In this document: in pieces, positions 36,731-44,966 of the stretch
Layout of the letters: each line of letters starts with the position of its first letter
Numbering within the stretch: position 1 is the stretch's first letter
NCBI GenBank assembly: GCA_031416315.1
Contig: JANOTL010000223.1
Coordinates: 1-64,000, forward strand
DNA: 64,000 bases
Source of the DNA: Pseudomonadota bacterium
GTDB taxonomy: Bacteria > Bdellovibrionota_B > Oligoflexia > Oligoflexales > CAIYRB01
Reading direction: 5' to 3'
Notes under the pieces: generated by a model
What the model saw: the letters and a program-made list of their open reading frames with translations, nothing else
Database searches by the model: none
What the model was told of the DNA's origin: nothing
Position numbers and translations under genes: made by a program

Positions 36731-37822
36731 CTTCTCTTTTTCTTGCTTGTTGGCCTTCGCATCCATCTCTTTCTTGTGCTTGGCCTTCTCCTGCTTCTTG
36801 ACCTCGGCCGTCTGATCCTCGAGAAACCAGGTCTTTTGCAGGGCCTTGAGCGTGATGGTCAGCTCCTGCATCGTCTCGAGTGTCGTCTTGGCGAACACCG
36901 GATTCTTCTTCATCTCCGCCGAGACGGACTCGAGCGCGTCGAGAATGGAGATGACGAGCTTCTGGCGCTCTGCCACGGGGGCTAAGACGACGTTCGCATA
37001 TTGCATGGTCTTGTCCATGTTGCCGAAGGCCTTGGCCATCAGCTTCGTCTCCAGGAGGTCCTGGTCGATCTTCTCGAAGGTGTCGGTGCCGGCGACGACG
37101 AAGTTCTTCATCAAGCCGTTGGCGAAGAGATCTTTGTCGAGGCGGCCGAAGACCCTGGCGCCGGAGTCGACGAACTTCGGGATCTCCATGTTCTTTTTCT
37201 TGAGCTCCTGCGTCATGACGATGAGGTCGTCGGTGAGCTTGAGCACGTTGTTCAGGACCGGCGGGACCTTGGCGATCACTTCGTTCATCTCGCCGGACTT
37301 GTAGCGGGAGAAGATCTCGTTGGTGTCCTTTAGCGCGGTGGTGATCCCGGCCAGGAGGGTGTCGACCGAGTTCATCATCTCGGAGAGCTTACGGCCGGAG
37401 AGGAACTCCGACAGGTCGGTCGCTTCTTTGCCGCTGATCGTGCCGCGATGCGGGATCTCGGGGCCGTCGAGCGCGCCGGGGATGATGTCGATCTTCTTCT
37501 CGCCGATGATGAAGGCGCGGAAGACGTTGGCGACCGAGCCTTCGCGGATGCGCTCGGCGACGGTCTTCTGAACCTCGAGCGTCACGGTGATCCGGTTGTC
37601 GGGCTCGACCTCCAAGCCCGCGACCTCGCCGACGCGCAGACCCGAGATGGTGACAGCCGAGCCGATGCGCAGGCCGTCGGCGTCCGTCACCTTGGTGAAG
37701 TAGGTGTTCTTCGCCTCGAACCAGAAGTTGCGCTTGCCGATCTGCCAGATGGCAAAGCCGACGAACATGCTCACGCCGAGCATGCCGGCGAGCGCCTTCT
37801 TTTCTTGCGTTGAAAGGCTCAT
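36719..37822 (-). CDS. mlaD: MCE/MlaD family protein
   Basis: TM anchor, ADGL.IGSAVTISGLRVGEV, IIGEK.IDIIPG. Confidence 0.82.
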   Translation of the reverse strand: MSLSTQEKKALAGMLGVSMFVGFAIWQIGKRNFWFEAKNTYFTKVTDADGLRIGSAVTISGLRVGEVAGLEVEPDNRITVTLEVQKTVAERIREGSVANVFRAFIIGEKKIDIIPGALDGPEIPHRGTISGKEATDLSEFLSGRKLSEMMNSVDTLLAGITTALKDTNEIFSRYKSGEMNEVIAKVPPVLNNVLKLTDDLIVMTQELKKKNMEIPKFVDSGARVFGRLDKDLFANGLMKNFVVAGTDTFEKIDQDLLETKLMAKAFGNMDKTMQYANVVLAPVAERQKLVISILDALESVSAEMKKNPVFAKTTLETMQELTITLKALQKTWFLEDQTAEVKKQEKAKHKKEMDAKANKQEKEKLSK

Positions 37823-38604
37823 GCGCTTTTCCTTACGGCGCGAACGCCGAGAGCGCGCAGGATGTCCGCGCTCTTGATCCATTCGTCCGCGATGAAGTCT
37901 CGGTAGTCGGTGGTGATGCGGTTGGTCTCGGGATGGAGGACCCAGTCGGCCGCCGCGAGGCCGAAGGGATAATCGTTGGTGCCGATGAGGATGCCTCGAC
38001 CCTTCGCCTTCTGCTCGAAGAGCCAGTTGAGCATCGCCGGCATGGTCGGCGAGGCGATCAAGGCAGAGGGGTCGTCCAAGATCAAGACGCGCGGGTCGAG
38101 GACGATCGAGCGCGCGAGGAGGACGCGCTTCCTGATCTCCCAGTTGATGCGGTCCGGGCGCACGTGCCAAAGATTCTCGGGAATCCCGGCCTGGCGCAGG
38201 GCGCTGATCGCGATCTCGTTCTTCGTCATCCCCTCATGGTAGCGGTCGTGGTACTTCGCCGGCAGGTCGACGTTGTCCATGAGCGTCAAGTTCGAGAGGA
38301 GCCCCTTCTCGCGGAAGCCGAAGCCGATCCGCTGGCGCCAGGCGCTCAGCCCCTTGTCGTTCGATTTCGCGTCGCGGACGTGCGTGCCCTCCAAGACGAG
38401 CTCGCCCTGGTCGATCTTGCCGGTGCCCATGATGAGCCGGAAGAGGGACGAGGTCTCCTTGCCGCCGAAGACGACGCCGACCTGGCCGCCGAGGAGCGCG
38501 AAGTCGAGCGGATGCACGTTCCCCAACGGGCCGAGCGGCGACGAGCCGACGACTTGGCGTAGCTCCAATTGTGGCTTTCCGACACCGGTGGAGAGCTCGG
38601 TCAC
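37819..38604 (-). CDS. MlaF-like ABC ATPase with degenerate catalytic motifs
   Basis: LLSNLTL.DNV.LP, KRVLLARSIVLDP; Walker A reads FGGKETSS, Walker B reads ILDDP; GTGA and ATGA overlaps with neighbours. Confidence 0.75.
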   Translation of the reverse strand: MTELSTGVGKPQLELRQVVGSSPLGPLGNVHPLDFALLGGQVGVVFGGKETSSLFRLIMGTGKIDQGELVLEGTHVRDAKSNDKGLSAWRQRIGFGFREKGLLSNLTLMDNVDLPAKYHDRYHEGMTKNEIAISALRQAGIPENLWHVRPDRINWEIRKRVLLARSIVLDPRVLILDDPSALIASPTMPAMLNWLFEQKAKGRGILIGTNDYPFGLAAADWVLHPETNRITTDYRDFIADEWIKSADILRALGVRAVRKSA

Positions 38605-39344
38605 AAGTCGATCCCATACAGGACGTAGTAGATGACGCTTAGGGTGAAGTGGATGCCCATCGCGAAGGTGAGCGAGTCGACGACGGCACGGTTGGTGACG
38701 ATCGGCACCTCGAAGGGCGCCGCCTTCAAGGACAGCCCGCGTTGCAGGCAGGTGTTGGCAATGACGCCGCCGATGATCACCGTCTTCAGGGTGAAAAAGA
38801 GGAAATCCGCGGGGCGGATCGCCTGCGCCACGCTCGTCAGATACTGCGAAAGCGGGAAATACGAGCTGATGTTGGCGCCGATCCAGCCGCCGAGAAGGGC
38901 GAAGCCGAGGAAGGTGATCGACATGCAGGTGAGCGACACCATCAAAGCCACGATGCGCGGCGCGAGGATGTAGTGGTAGACGTTGATGCCCATGATGTTG
39001 AGCGCCTCGATCTCCTGCTGGAACTTGATCGTCGCCATTTCGGCAGCGATCGCGGTGCCGGAGCGCGCGATGATCAGCATGGCGGAGACGAGCGGCGTCA
39101 CCTCGCGGAAGACGATGAACACCAGCACTTTGCCGAGCTGATTGTTGTTGCCGAGCAGGGCGAGGCCGAAGTTTGCTTGCAGCGCGATGGCGACGCCGGA
39201 GCCGATGCCAAGCACGGCGATCATCATGGTCGACTGCACGAAGGTGAAATAGATCTGCATCAGAGTGTTCCGGAAGAACTCTCTGCGGTGTCCCCGTTCC
39301 CAGGGAAAGTAATTGGCTAAGCCGAGCCGGGCGATGAGGGCCAT
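38601..39344 (-). CDS. mlaE: MlaE family permease
   Basis: REVTPL, ARSGTAIAAEMAT.K.QQEIEAL..MGI...YILAPR. Confidence 0.88.
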   Translation of the reverse strand: MALIARLGLANYFPWERGHRREFFRNTLMQIYFTFVQSTMMIAVLGIGSGVAIALQANFGLALLGNNNQLGKVLVFIVFREVTPLVSAMLIIARSGTAIAAEMATIKFQQEIEALNIMGINVYHYILAPRIVALMVSLTCMSITFLGFALLGGWIGANISSYFPLSQYLTSVAQAIRPADFLFFTLKTVIIGGVIANTCLQRGLSLKAAPFEVPIVTNRAVVDSLTFAMGIHFTLSVIYYVLYGIDL

Positions 39345-39439
39345 GGTGCGTGCGGTCTTTGGCGGGGGATGGATTCAACGGTGGGATTTCTTTATAATAA
39401 TTGATTAGGGTCAGGGTCACAAGACTCGAGGGAGTTCGC

Positions 39440-40039
39440 ATGCGCCGCAAGATTTACGCCTCCTTGTTCACGCTGGGAATTTTCTGCGCGGTCGCGGTGC
39501 AAGCGCAGGAGCCGCCTTCGCCGGAGGCTGCGGCGCCCGAGGCCGCGGACGCAGAGGGCGAAGCCGCCGATGAGGGCGCCGAAGCCCCGGGCGAAGGCGG
39601 CGCCGAGGACGACGGCCACTACACCGCGATCGAGGCCTTTCTCAACGGCACGACCCCCACGAATCTCGTAGAGAAAGTCGGCGCGTTTTACGCCAAGGAC
39701 GCGCGCTACGAGGATCCCTTCGGCGAGGTCACCGGCCGGATCGAGATCGAACGGCGCTTCGAACGCTGGTTCGCGGACTTGGACAGCGTATCGTTTCAGA
39801 TCAAGGAAGTTTTTGCCTCAGGCGACGAGACGGTCGCGCTGTGGACGATGGAGCTGAAGCACAAGAAAGTCGGCGGCGGCGACCCCGTCTCGGTCGACGG
39901 CGCCTCGCAGTTCCGCTTCGCGGGCGAGCAGGTCGTCTATCACCGCAGCTACTACGACGCGGGGGCGCTCGTGTATGAGCACGTGACGTTCGTCGGATGG
40001 CTGGTGAAGTGGGTGAAGAAGAAGGTCGCGGGGACTTAG
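39440..40039 (+). CDS. Secreted SnoaL/NTF2-like protein
   Basis: Signal peptide; FYA.DARYEDPF, W.M, G.S, YHRSYYD, YEHV. Confidence 0.8.
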   Translation: MRRKIYASLFTLGIFCAVAVQAQEPPSPEAAAPEAADAEGEAADEGAEAPGEGGAEDDGHYTAIEAFLNGTTPTNLVEKVGAFYAKDARYEDPFGEVTGRIEIERRFERWFADLDSVSFQIKEVFASGDETVALWTMELKHKKVGGGDPVSVDGASQFRFAGEQVVYHRSYYDAGALVYEHVTFVGWLVKWVKKKVAGT

Positions 40040-40040
40040 T

Positions 40041-40223
40041 TCACCGGTTGTGGAGCTTGCCGCTTTTCGCCTGGAAGCAACTGGACGCGCGCGGCAGCAT
40101 CGGATCGCACGAGGGCGTGTCCCCAATCTCCGAGAGCGCGTTCCGCTTGCCGCCCGACTTAGTCGTCGAGATGCAGGCGGTGGTGCTCAGAGCGACCAGG
40201 AAGAGTGCGAGAAAAAAGCGCAT
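40041..40223 (-). CDS. Small putative lipoprotein, 60 aa
   Basis: GGAGG SD; MRFFLALFLVALSTTA-C. Confidence 0.5.
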   Translation of the reverse strand: MRFFLALFLVALSTTACISTTKSGGKRNALSEIGDTPSCDPMLPRASSCFQAKSGKLHNR

Positions 40224-40300
40224 GCGAGGCCTCCGACGGGGGGATAGCCTCATTATCCGGCGCGCGTCCCCGGCTGGATAGCCGGCAGAAACTGCCGCCC

Positions 40301-40765
40301 TCAGCGGCGCGACCGCATCGCGCGCTGGATCTCCTTGTTGGAGTCCCGCTCTTTCGAGGCCTCGCGCTTGTCGTGGAGCTTCTTGCCCTTGGCGACGCCG
40401 ATCTCAACCTTGACGAAGGAGCCGACGAAGTAGAGCTTCAAGGGCACGACCGTCAGGCCTTTTTCCGAGATCTTCTCTTCGAGCTTCGCGATCTCGTGCT
40501 TGTGCAGGAGGAGCTTTCGCGGACGCTTCTCGAAGTGGTTGGCGTAGGTGCCGTGGCTGTAGTGGCCGATGTGGACGTCGAGGAGCATCGCCTCCCCCTG
40601 GGCGGTGATGCTGACCCAGCCGTCCGTCAGGTTCACCTTCGCCTCGCGGACCGATTTCACCTCGGTGCCGGTCAAAGCGATCCCCGCCTCCAGCTTTTCC
40701 CCGATCGTATACTCGTGAAAGGCTTTGCGATTATCGGCGACGACCTTGACGGCCTTGTGGTCCAG
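40301..40765 (-). CDS. smpB: SsrA-binding protein SmpB; probable CTG start
   Basis: NRKAFHEY.I.EKLEAGI.LTGTEVKS, R.RKLLLHK.EI, KGKKLHDKR; GAGGA SD 7 nt before CTG at 40765. Confidence 0.95.
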   Translation of the reverse strand: MDHKAVKVVADNRKAFHEYTIGEKLEAGIALTGTEVKSVREAKVNLTDGWVSITAQGEAMLLDVHIGHYSHGTYANHFEKRPRKLLLHKHEIAKLEEKISEKGLTVVPLKLYFVGSFVKVEIGVAKGKKLHDKREASKERDSNKEIQRAMRSRR

Positions 40766-40826
40766 GGGGAATTCCTCGTACGAAGGGGGGGCGAAGCGCC
40801 ACGACCGGGGAGCCTAACATAGAGCC

Positions 40827-41798
40827 ATGACCGAGGCGACGGCCATCGACGGGGAGTATCGCAGCCTGGGAGGTCCGGTGACGGCCGGCTTCGCCGGCGT
40901 ACGGGTCGACGCCTTCCTAGCGCGCGAGTTCCCGTTCCTGTCGCGAGCCGGCTGGCAAAGGCGCATTGAGGAGGGCGGTCTTCACGTCAACGGCGGGCCC
41001 GTGCGCGCGGTTTCTGCGCGCCTTCGGACCGGCGACCGGCTCTCGCTCTTCTACCCGCAGCTCGTGGAGCCTGAGGTCGACCGCGGCGTGCGCGTCCTCT
41101 GGGAGGATCGCGGCGTCATGGCCGCGTTCAAGCCGGGGAACCTCCCGATGCACGAGAACGGGCCGTACAAGAAGAACACCTTCGCCGAGATCCTAGGCGA
41201 GTTGTGCGGGCGTGAGTGGTCGGCCGTGCATCGGCTGGACCGTGAGACGAGCGGCATCGTCATCTGCGGGGCGACGGCGGCGTTGCGCGCGCAGTTGAGC
41301 CGGGATCTGAATGGCCGGCGCATGCGCAAGGAGTACCTGGCGCTCGTGCGCGGCGCGCCGTCACGCGCCGCGTGGACGGAGGACGGGCCGATCGGCGACC
41401 TGGCCTCGAGCGAGATCCGCATCAAGAAGTGGGTGGTCGAGGGCGGGCTCTCGGCCCTCACGCATTTCAACGTCCTGGAGACGCGCGGCGAGATGTCTCT
41501 CTTGAGGGCGCGGCCGGTGACCGGACGGACGAATCAGATCCGCATCCACGCCGCGTACGCGGGCCACGTCTTGTTCGGGGACAAGCTCTATCATCCGGAC
41601 GAAGCCGTCTTCCTCGAGTACTTCGAGGAAGGGCAGACCGAGAACGTCACCGAGCGTACCGGTTTCCCGCGGCTCTGCCTGCACGCGACGTCGATGGAGC
41701 TGACGTCGCCGGTGACGCGGGGGTTGGTGCGGATCGAGTGTCCCTTGCCCGACGACATGGCCGCGTTCTGGGACTCAGCGGGACGGCGGGATTCCTAG
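40827..41798 (+). CDS. RluA/RluD family pseudouridine synthase
   Basis: S4-like N-terminus, HRLDRETSG, TGRTNQIRIH, GDKLY, LHA. Confidence 0.92.
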   Translation: MTEATAIDGEYRSLGGPVTAGFAGVRVDAFLAREFPFLSRAGWQRRIEEGGLHVNGGPVRAVSARLRTGDRLSLFYPQLVEPEVDRGVRVLWEDRGVMAAFKPGNLPMHENGPYKKNTFAEILGELCGREWSAVHRLDRETSGIVICGATAALRAQLSRDLNGRRMRKEYLALVRGAPSRAAWTEDGPIGDLASSEIRIKKWVVEGGLSALTHFNVLETRGEMSLLRARPVTGRTNQIRIHAAYAGHVLFGDKLYHPDEAVFLEYFEEGQTENVTERTGFPRLCLHATSMELTSPVTRGLVRIECPLPDDMAAFWDSAGRRDS

Positions 41799-43214
41799 GA
41801 CGGTGCGATTCGCCCACAGATAGGCGGCCTTCTTCTGCAGCTCGTCGAAGGTCGTGCCGAGCGGCTTCAGGATGCCGTCCGAAGAAGGCTCGCTGGTGGT
41901 CGAGATCGACTGGGCCAAGGTGCGGAGCGCGTCCTCGCCGTAAAGGCGCTCGATCGCGAAGATCAGGTAGAGGCTTTGACGGTAGGCCCGGCCGGCGCGC
42001 GCCGCGTCGAGGGAAATGTACGGCGCGAAGAAGGAGGGCGAGCCGAGAAAGCTCCCCGGCGTCGCGGGAAAAACGAAAGGACCGCAGCCGGGCGACGCGC
42101 AGGCGAGGCGCTGCGCCATGCCTTCGTCGAACCAGGGAGGCAATTGGCGGGCGTCGCTCGCGAGCGAAAAGAGCGCGTGCACGAGCTCGTGGCGCAAGAC
42201 CTCGCGCAGGAGCTTCGCGTCTGGATTTTGCAGCGTCGTCTCGCGAATCGGGATGCGCAAACGGCCGTCGAAGATGCCCTCGGCCCAGTCGGGGCCGCCG
42301 ACGACGATGCCCTTGAACTGCGCCGCGGGATAGAGGATCACCTCGATCGGCGCGGGCGGCGGCTTCAAGCCGTAGGTCTCGACGTATTCGTCGAGGGCGA
42401 TCTCGAGGTTCTCGAGCACGTTGTTGACGAGATCTTCGTGATCGCCCGAGCGGTAGAGGAGTCGAAAGTTGCGGGACGTCTCGTACTGCTGGAGCGGCGC
42501 CTCCTTGGCGCGAGCGCGCATGCTCTGTAGGCGCTGGCTCACGCCCTCGAGCTTCGCGTCTTGCGCTGCGGCCTGCTCGAGCATCTTCACGGCGTCGTCG
42601 TAGCGGCCTTCCGACTCGAGGACGTCGGCGTAGAGCACCTGCATCTCGAGGTCTCCGGACTCGCGCTCCAGGTACCAGCCGAATTGCTCCTGGGCGCCGA
42701 TGAAATTCTTTTGCTTGTAGTAGCAGACGGCCAGCCCCTTCGCCGTCTCCTTCGAGCGCTTCAAGGACTCGGCCCGGCGGAAGAGCGGCGTCGCGTCCTC
42801 GCAGTCGCCGAGACGCAGCTTGGACCAGCCGGCGGAGGCGAGGAGCACCGGGAGCTGCTGCATGAGCCATTCGTGGAACGCGGGGGAGAGGTCCTCGCGC
42901 GCCGCGTTCTGATCCGCCAAGGTCAGAGCGGATACGAAGTCGCCGGTGGCGAACTTCGCGTGGATCTTGCGCACGAGCTCGGTTTCGGCGGCGTTCATTT
43001 CCGGCGCGGCGGGGAGCGCCAGCTTCGGCGCGACTGGGACGGGGACGGTCGTCGCGGCGGCGGCGACGGTCGGCGACGCGGCGCGCGCCGCCGGTGCCGT
43101 CTCGGCGAGGACGACTTTCGGCGCCTCGAAGGACCAGCTGCGAAAGGCATGGCCCACGAGGGCTAAGGCCGCCACGGCCCCGATGAGGCCGAGCGTCGTG
43201 GTTTTCTTAGCCAT
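41775..43214 (-). CDS. TPR protein with zincin (peptidase MA-like) domain
   Basis: N-terminal anchor, TPR helices, LRHELVH, LPPWFDEGMA. Confidence 0.8.
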   Translation of the reverse strand: MAKKTTTLGLIGAVAALALVGHAFRSWSFEAPKVVLAETAPAARAASPTVAAAATTVPVPVAPKLALPAAPEMNAAETELVRKIHAKFATGDFVSALTLADQNAAREDLSPAFHEWLMQQLPVLLASAGWSKLRLGDCEDATPLFRRAESLKRSKETAKGLAVCYYKQKNFIGAQEQFGWYLERESGDLEMQVLYADVLESEGRYDDAVKMLEQAAAQDAKLEGVSQRLQSMRARAKEAPLQQYETSRNFRLLYRSGDHEDLVNNVLENLEIALDEYVETYGLKPPPAPIEVILYPAAQFKGIVVGGPDWAEGIFDGRLRIPIRETTLQNPDAKLLREVLRHELVHALFSLASDARQLPPWFDEGMAQRLACASPGCGPFVFPATPGSFLGSPSFFAPYISLDAARAGRAYRQSLYLIFAIERLYGEDALRTLAQSISTTSEPSSDGILKPLGTTFDELQKKAAYLWANRTVLGIPPSR

Positions 43215-43225
43215 GCCGCTCGATT

Positions 43226-43489
43226 CTAAGCACGCAGCTTCTCGTCCAGCTGACCATTACGGTCCAGGGTGGCCAGCTCGGTGTAGCCGCCGATGAACTC
43301 CTTGCCGATGAAGATCATCGGCACGGTGCGGTAGCCGGCGTTCTCCGCCGAAAGGCGCTGGCGCAGGGCGTGGTCGCGCGAGAGGTCGACCTCCTTGAAC
43401 AGGATGCCCTTTTCCTGCAGAAAACGCTTGGCAGCGGCGCAGTAGCCGCATACCTGCGTGGTGTAGATGACGACGTCCGAGGTCTGCAT
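43226..43489 (-). CDS. grxC: Glutaredoxin (Grx3-like)
   Basis: CGYC, TVPMIFI, IGGYTEL. Confidence 0.88.
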   Translation of the reverse strand: MQTSDVVIYTTQVCGYCAAAKRFLQEKGILFKEVDLSRDHALRQRLSAENAGYRTVPMIFIGKEFIGGYTELATLDRNGQLDEKLRA

Positions 43490-43525
43490 GGGATTCATCC
43501 TTGCAATATATACCGGGAGAGTGCT

Positions 43526-44644
43526 GTGAGCGAGCGCGACAACCCGCGAGAACTGTTGAATTCCTTATTGAGGAAAGCCGCCTCCGCCCTGAGGCTCGCC
43601 CGGACCCGGCCGGTGCTGGCGGACACGATTCTCGCCGACGAAGATGAAACGGAGCTGAGAGCCCGCATTCTCGACGCCTCGGGCGAGCTCGACGCCCCCC
43701 ACCTCACCATCGCCTCCGACGGCCTCGACCTCGGCGCGAAGCTCGAGCTCGAGCGCGCCTTGAAGGCCGAGCTGGAGCTGCCGGACCTCACGATCAACTT
43801 CAGGCGCCAAAAACCTCTCACCGGGCCTCAGACGCCCTTGCCAGCGCGGGGCGCGCAGGCGCCTTTCGGCCTGACCTTCGACCGCAAGGCCATCCCGGGC
43901 GTGCGGGAGGTGATCGTCGTGGCCTCGGGCAAAGGCGGCGTCGGTAAATCGACCGTTGCGGTGAACCTGGCGGCGGCCCTGGCGAAGCGCGGCAGCAAGG
44001 TCGGTCTCCTCGACGCGGACATCTACGGGCCCTCGGCGCCGATGATGCTCGGCGCGCGCGGGACGATGCCGGTTTTCGAAGGCAAGGTCGTGCCGATCCA
44101 AGCGCACGGCGTCGGCGTCGTCTCGTTCGGCTTCCTGACCGACACGACGCAGCCGGTGATCTGGCGCGGGCCGCTCGTCGCGAAGGCTTTGCGTCAGCTC
44201 TGCTTCGACGTCGTGTGGGGCGAGCTCGACTATCTCGTCGTCGACCTGCCGCCGGGGACGGGCGACGTGCAAATGACCTTGATCGAGAGCCTGCCGATCC
44301 ACGGCGCGGTGATCGTGACGACGCCACAGGACGTGGCGCTGCTCGACGCGCACAAGGCGCTCACGATGTTCGAGAAGCTCGAGGTGCCCGTGATCGGCCT
44401 CGTCGAAAACATGGCCCATTTCCACTGCCCGAGCTGCGGCCACGAGGAGGCGATCTTCGGCGAGGGCGGCGGCGACCGGATGGCGCTCGAGCGGAAGCTG
44501 AAAGTGATCGCGCGGCTCCCCTTGGGGCGGATCGTACGCGAGCGGGGTGACTCCGGGCAGCCTCTAGCGCTGGACGCGGACGGCCCGTTTGTCTTGGCGT
44601 TTCGGGAGCTTGCGGAGAAGGTGGCAAAGGCCGGGTGGCAGTGA
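43526..44644 (+). CDS. mrp: Mrp/ApbC/NBP35 Fe-S cluster carrier ATPase
   Basis: SGKGGVGKST, DADIYGPS, IWRGP, DLPPGTGD, VTTPQ, ENM..F.CP.C. Confidence 0.92.
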   Translation: MSERDNPRELLNSLLRKAASALRLARTRPVLADTILADEDETELRARILDASGELDAPHLTIASDGLDLGAKLELERALKAELELPDLTINFRRQKPLTGPQTPLPARGAQAPFGLTFDRKAIPGVREVIVVASGKGGVGKSTVAVNLAAALAKRGSKVGLLDADIYGPSAPMMLGARGTMPVFEGKVVPIQAHGVGVVSFGFLTDTTQPVIWRGPLVAKALRQLCFDVVWGELDYLVVDLPPGTGDVQMTLIESLPIHGAVIVTTPQDVALLDAHKALTMFEKLEVPVIGLVENMAHFHCPSCGHEEAIFGEGGGDRMALERKLKVIARLPLGRIVRERGDSGQPLALDADGPFVLAFRELAEKVAKAGWQ

Positions 44645-44724
44645 GCGTCAAATTTTTCGACAGTCGACCAGCCTCCGTCGCAGGCGTGACGGGGCGTGCG
44701 CCGCGTTTTGAATGATGAAATGCG

Positions 44725-44740
44725 TGGCACGACGAGTGCA
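44725..44740 (+). promoter_or_regulatory. Sigma54 promoter TGGCACGACGAGTGCA
   Basis: GG(-24) and GC(-12) at canonical spacing; imperfect palindrome GTCAAATTTTTCGAC at 44647-44661 could be an activator site. Confidence 0.7.
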
Positions 44741-44750
44741 ATGAGAACGG

Positions 44751-44935
44751 GGCGATCGGGCTCCCCGACTCGCAGGCCCCCTCGGTAAGATTGGTCGTTC
44801 CACTTTGGTCTACGCCCCGTAGGCCGTCCCCACTGCTGTTCTTGTTGCTTACCCGTTGCCCGCTCCCACACCCCCGCCGCCCACGACCAACTTACCACTC
44901 CATCCAAATGGCGCTCCTCCCCGGAGCGCCATTTC
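44751..44935 (+). ncRNA. Putative sigma54-dependent sRNA, copy A
   Basis: 5' hairpin 44752-44773; stem 44784-44798/44883-44896 enclosing a C/U-rich loop; terminal hairpin 44906-44934; motifs shared with copy B. Confidence 0.6.
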
Positions 44936-44966
44936 ACGTTGTGCGCATCTGCGGCTCGCTCATTTT

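Noticed and set aside
40250..40830. tmRNA expected near smpB
   Set aside because: No tRNA-like GGGG 5' end or TTCGA...CCACCA 3' end seen in the flanks
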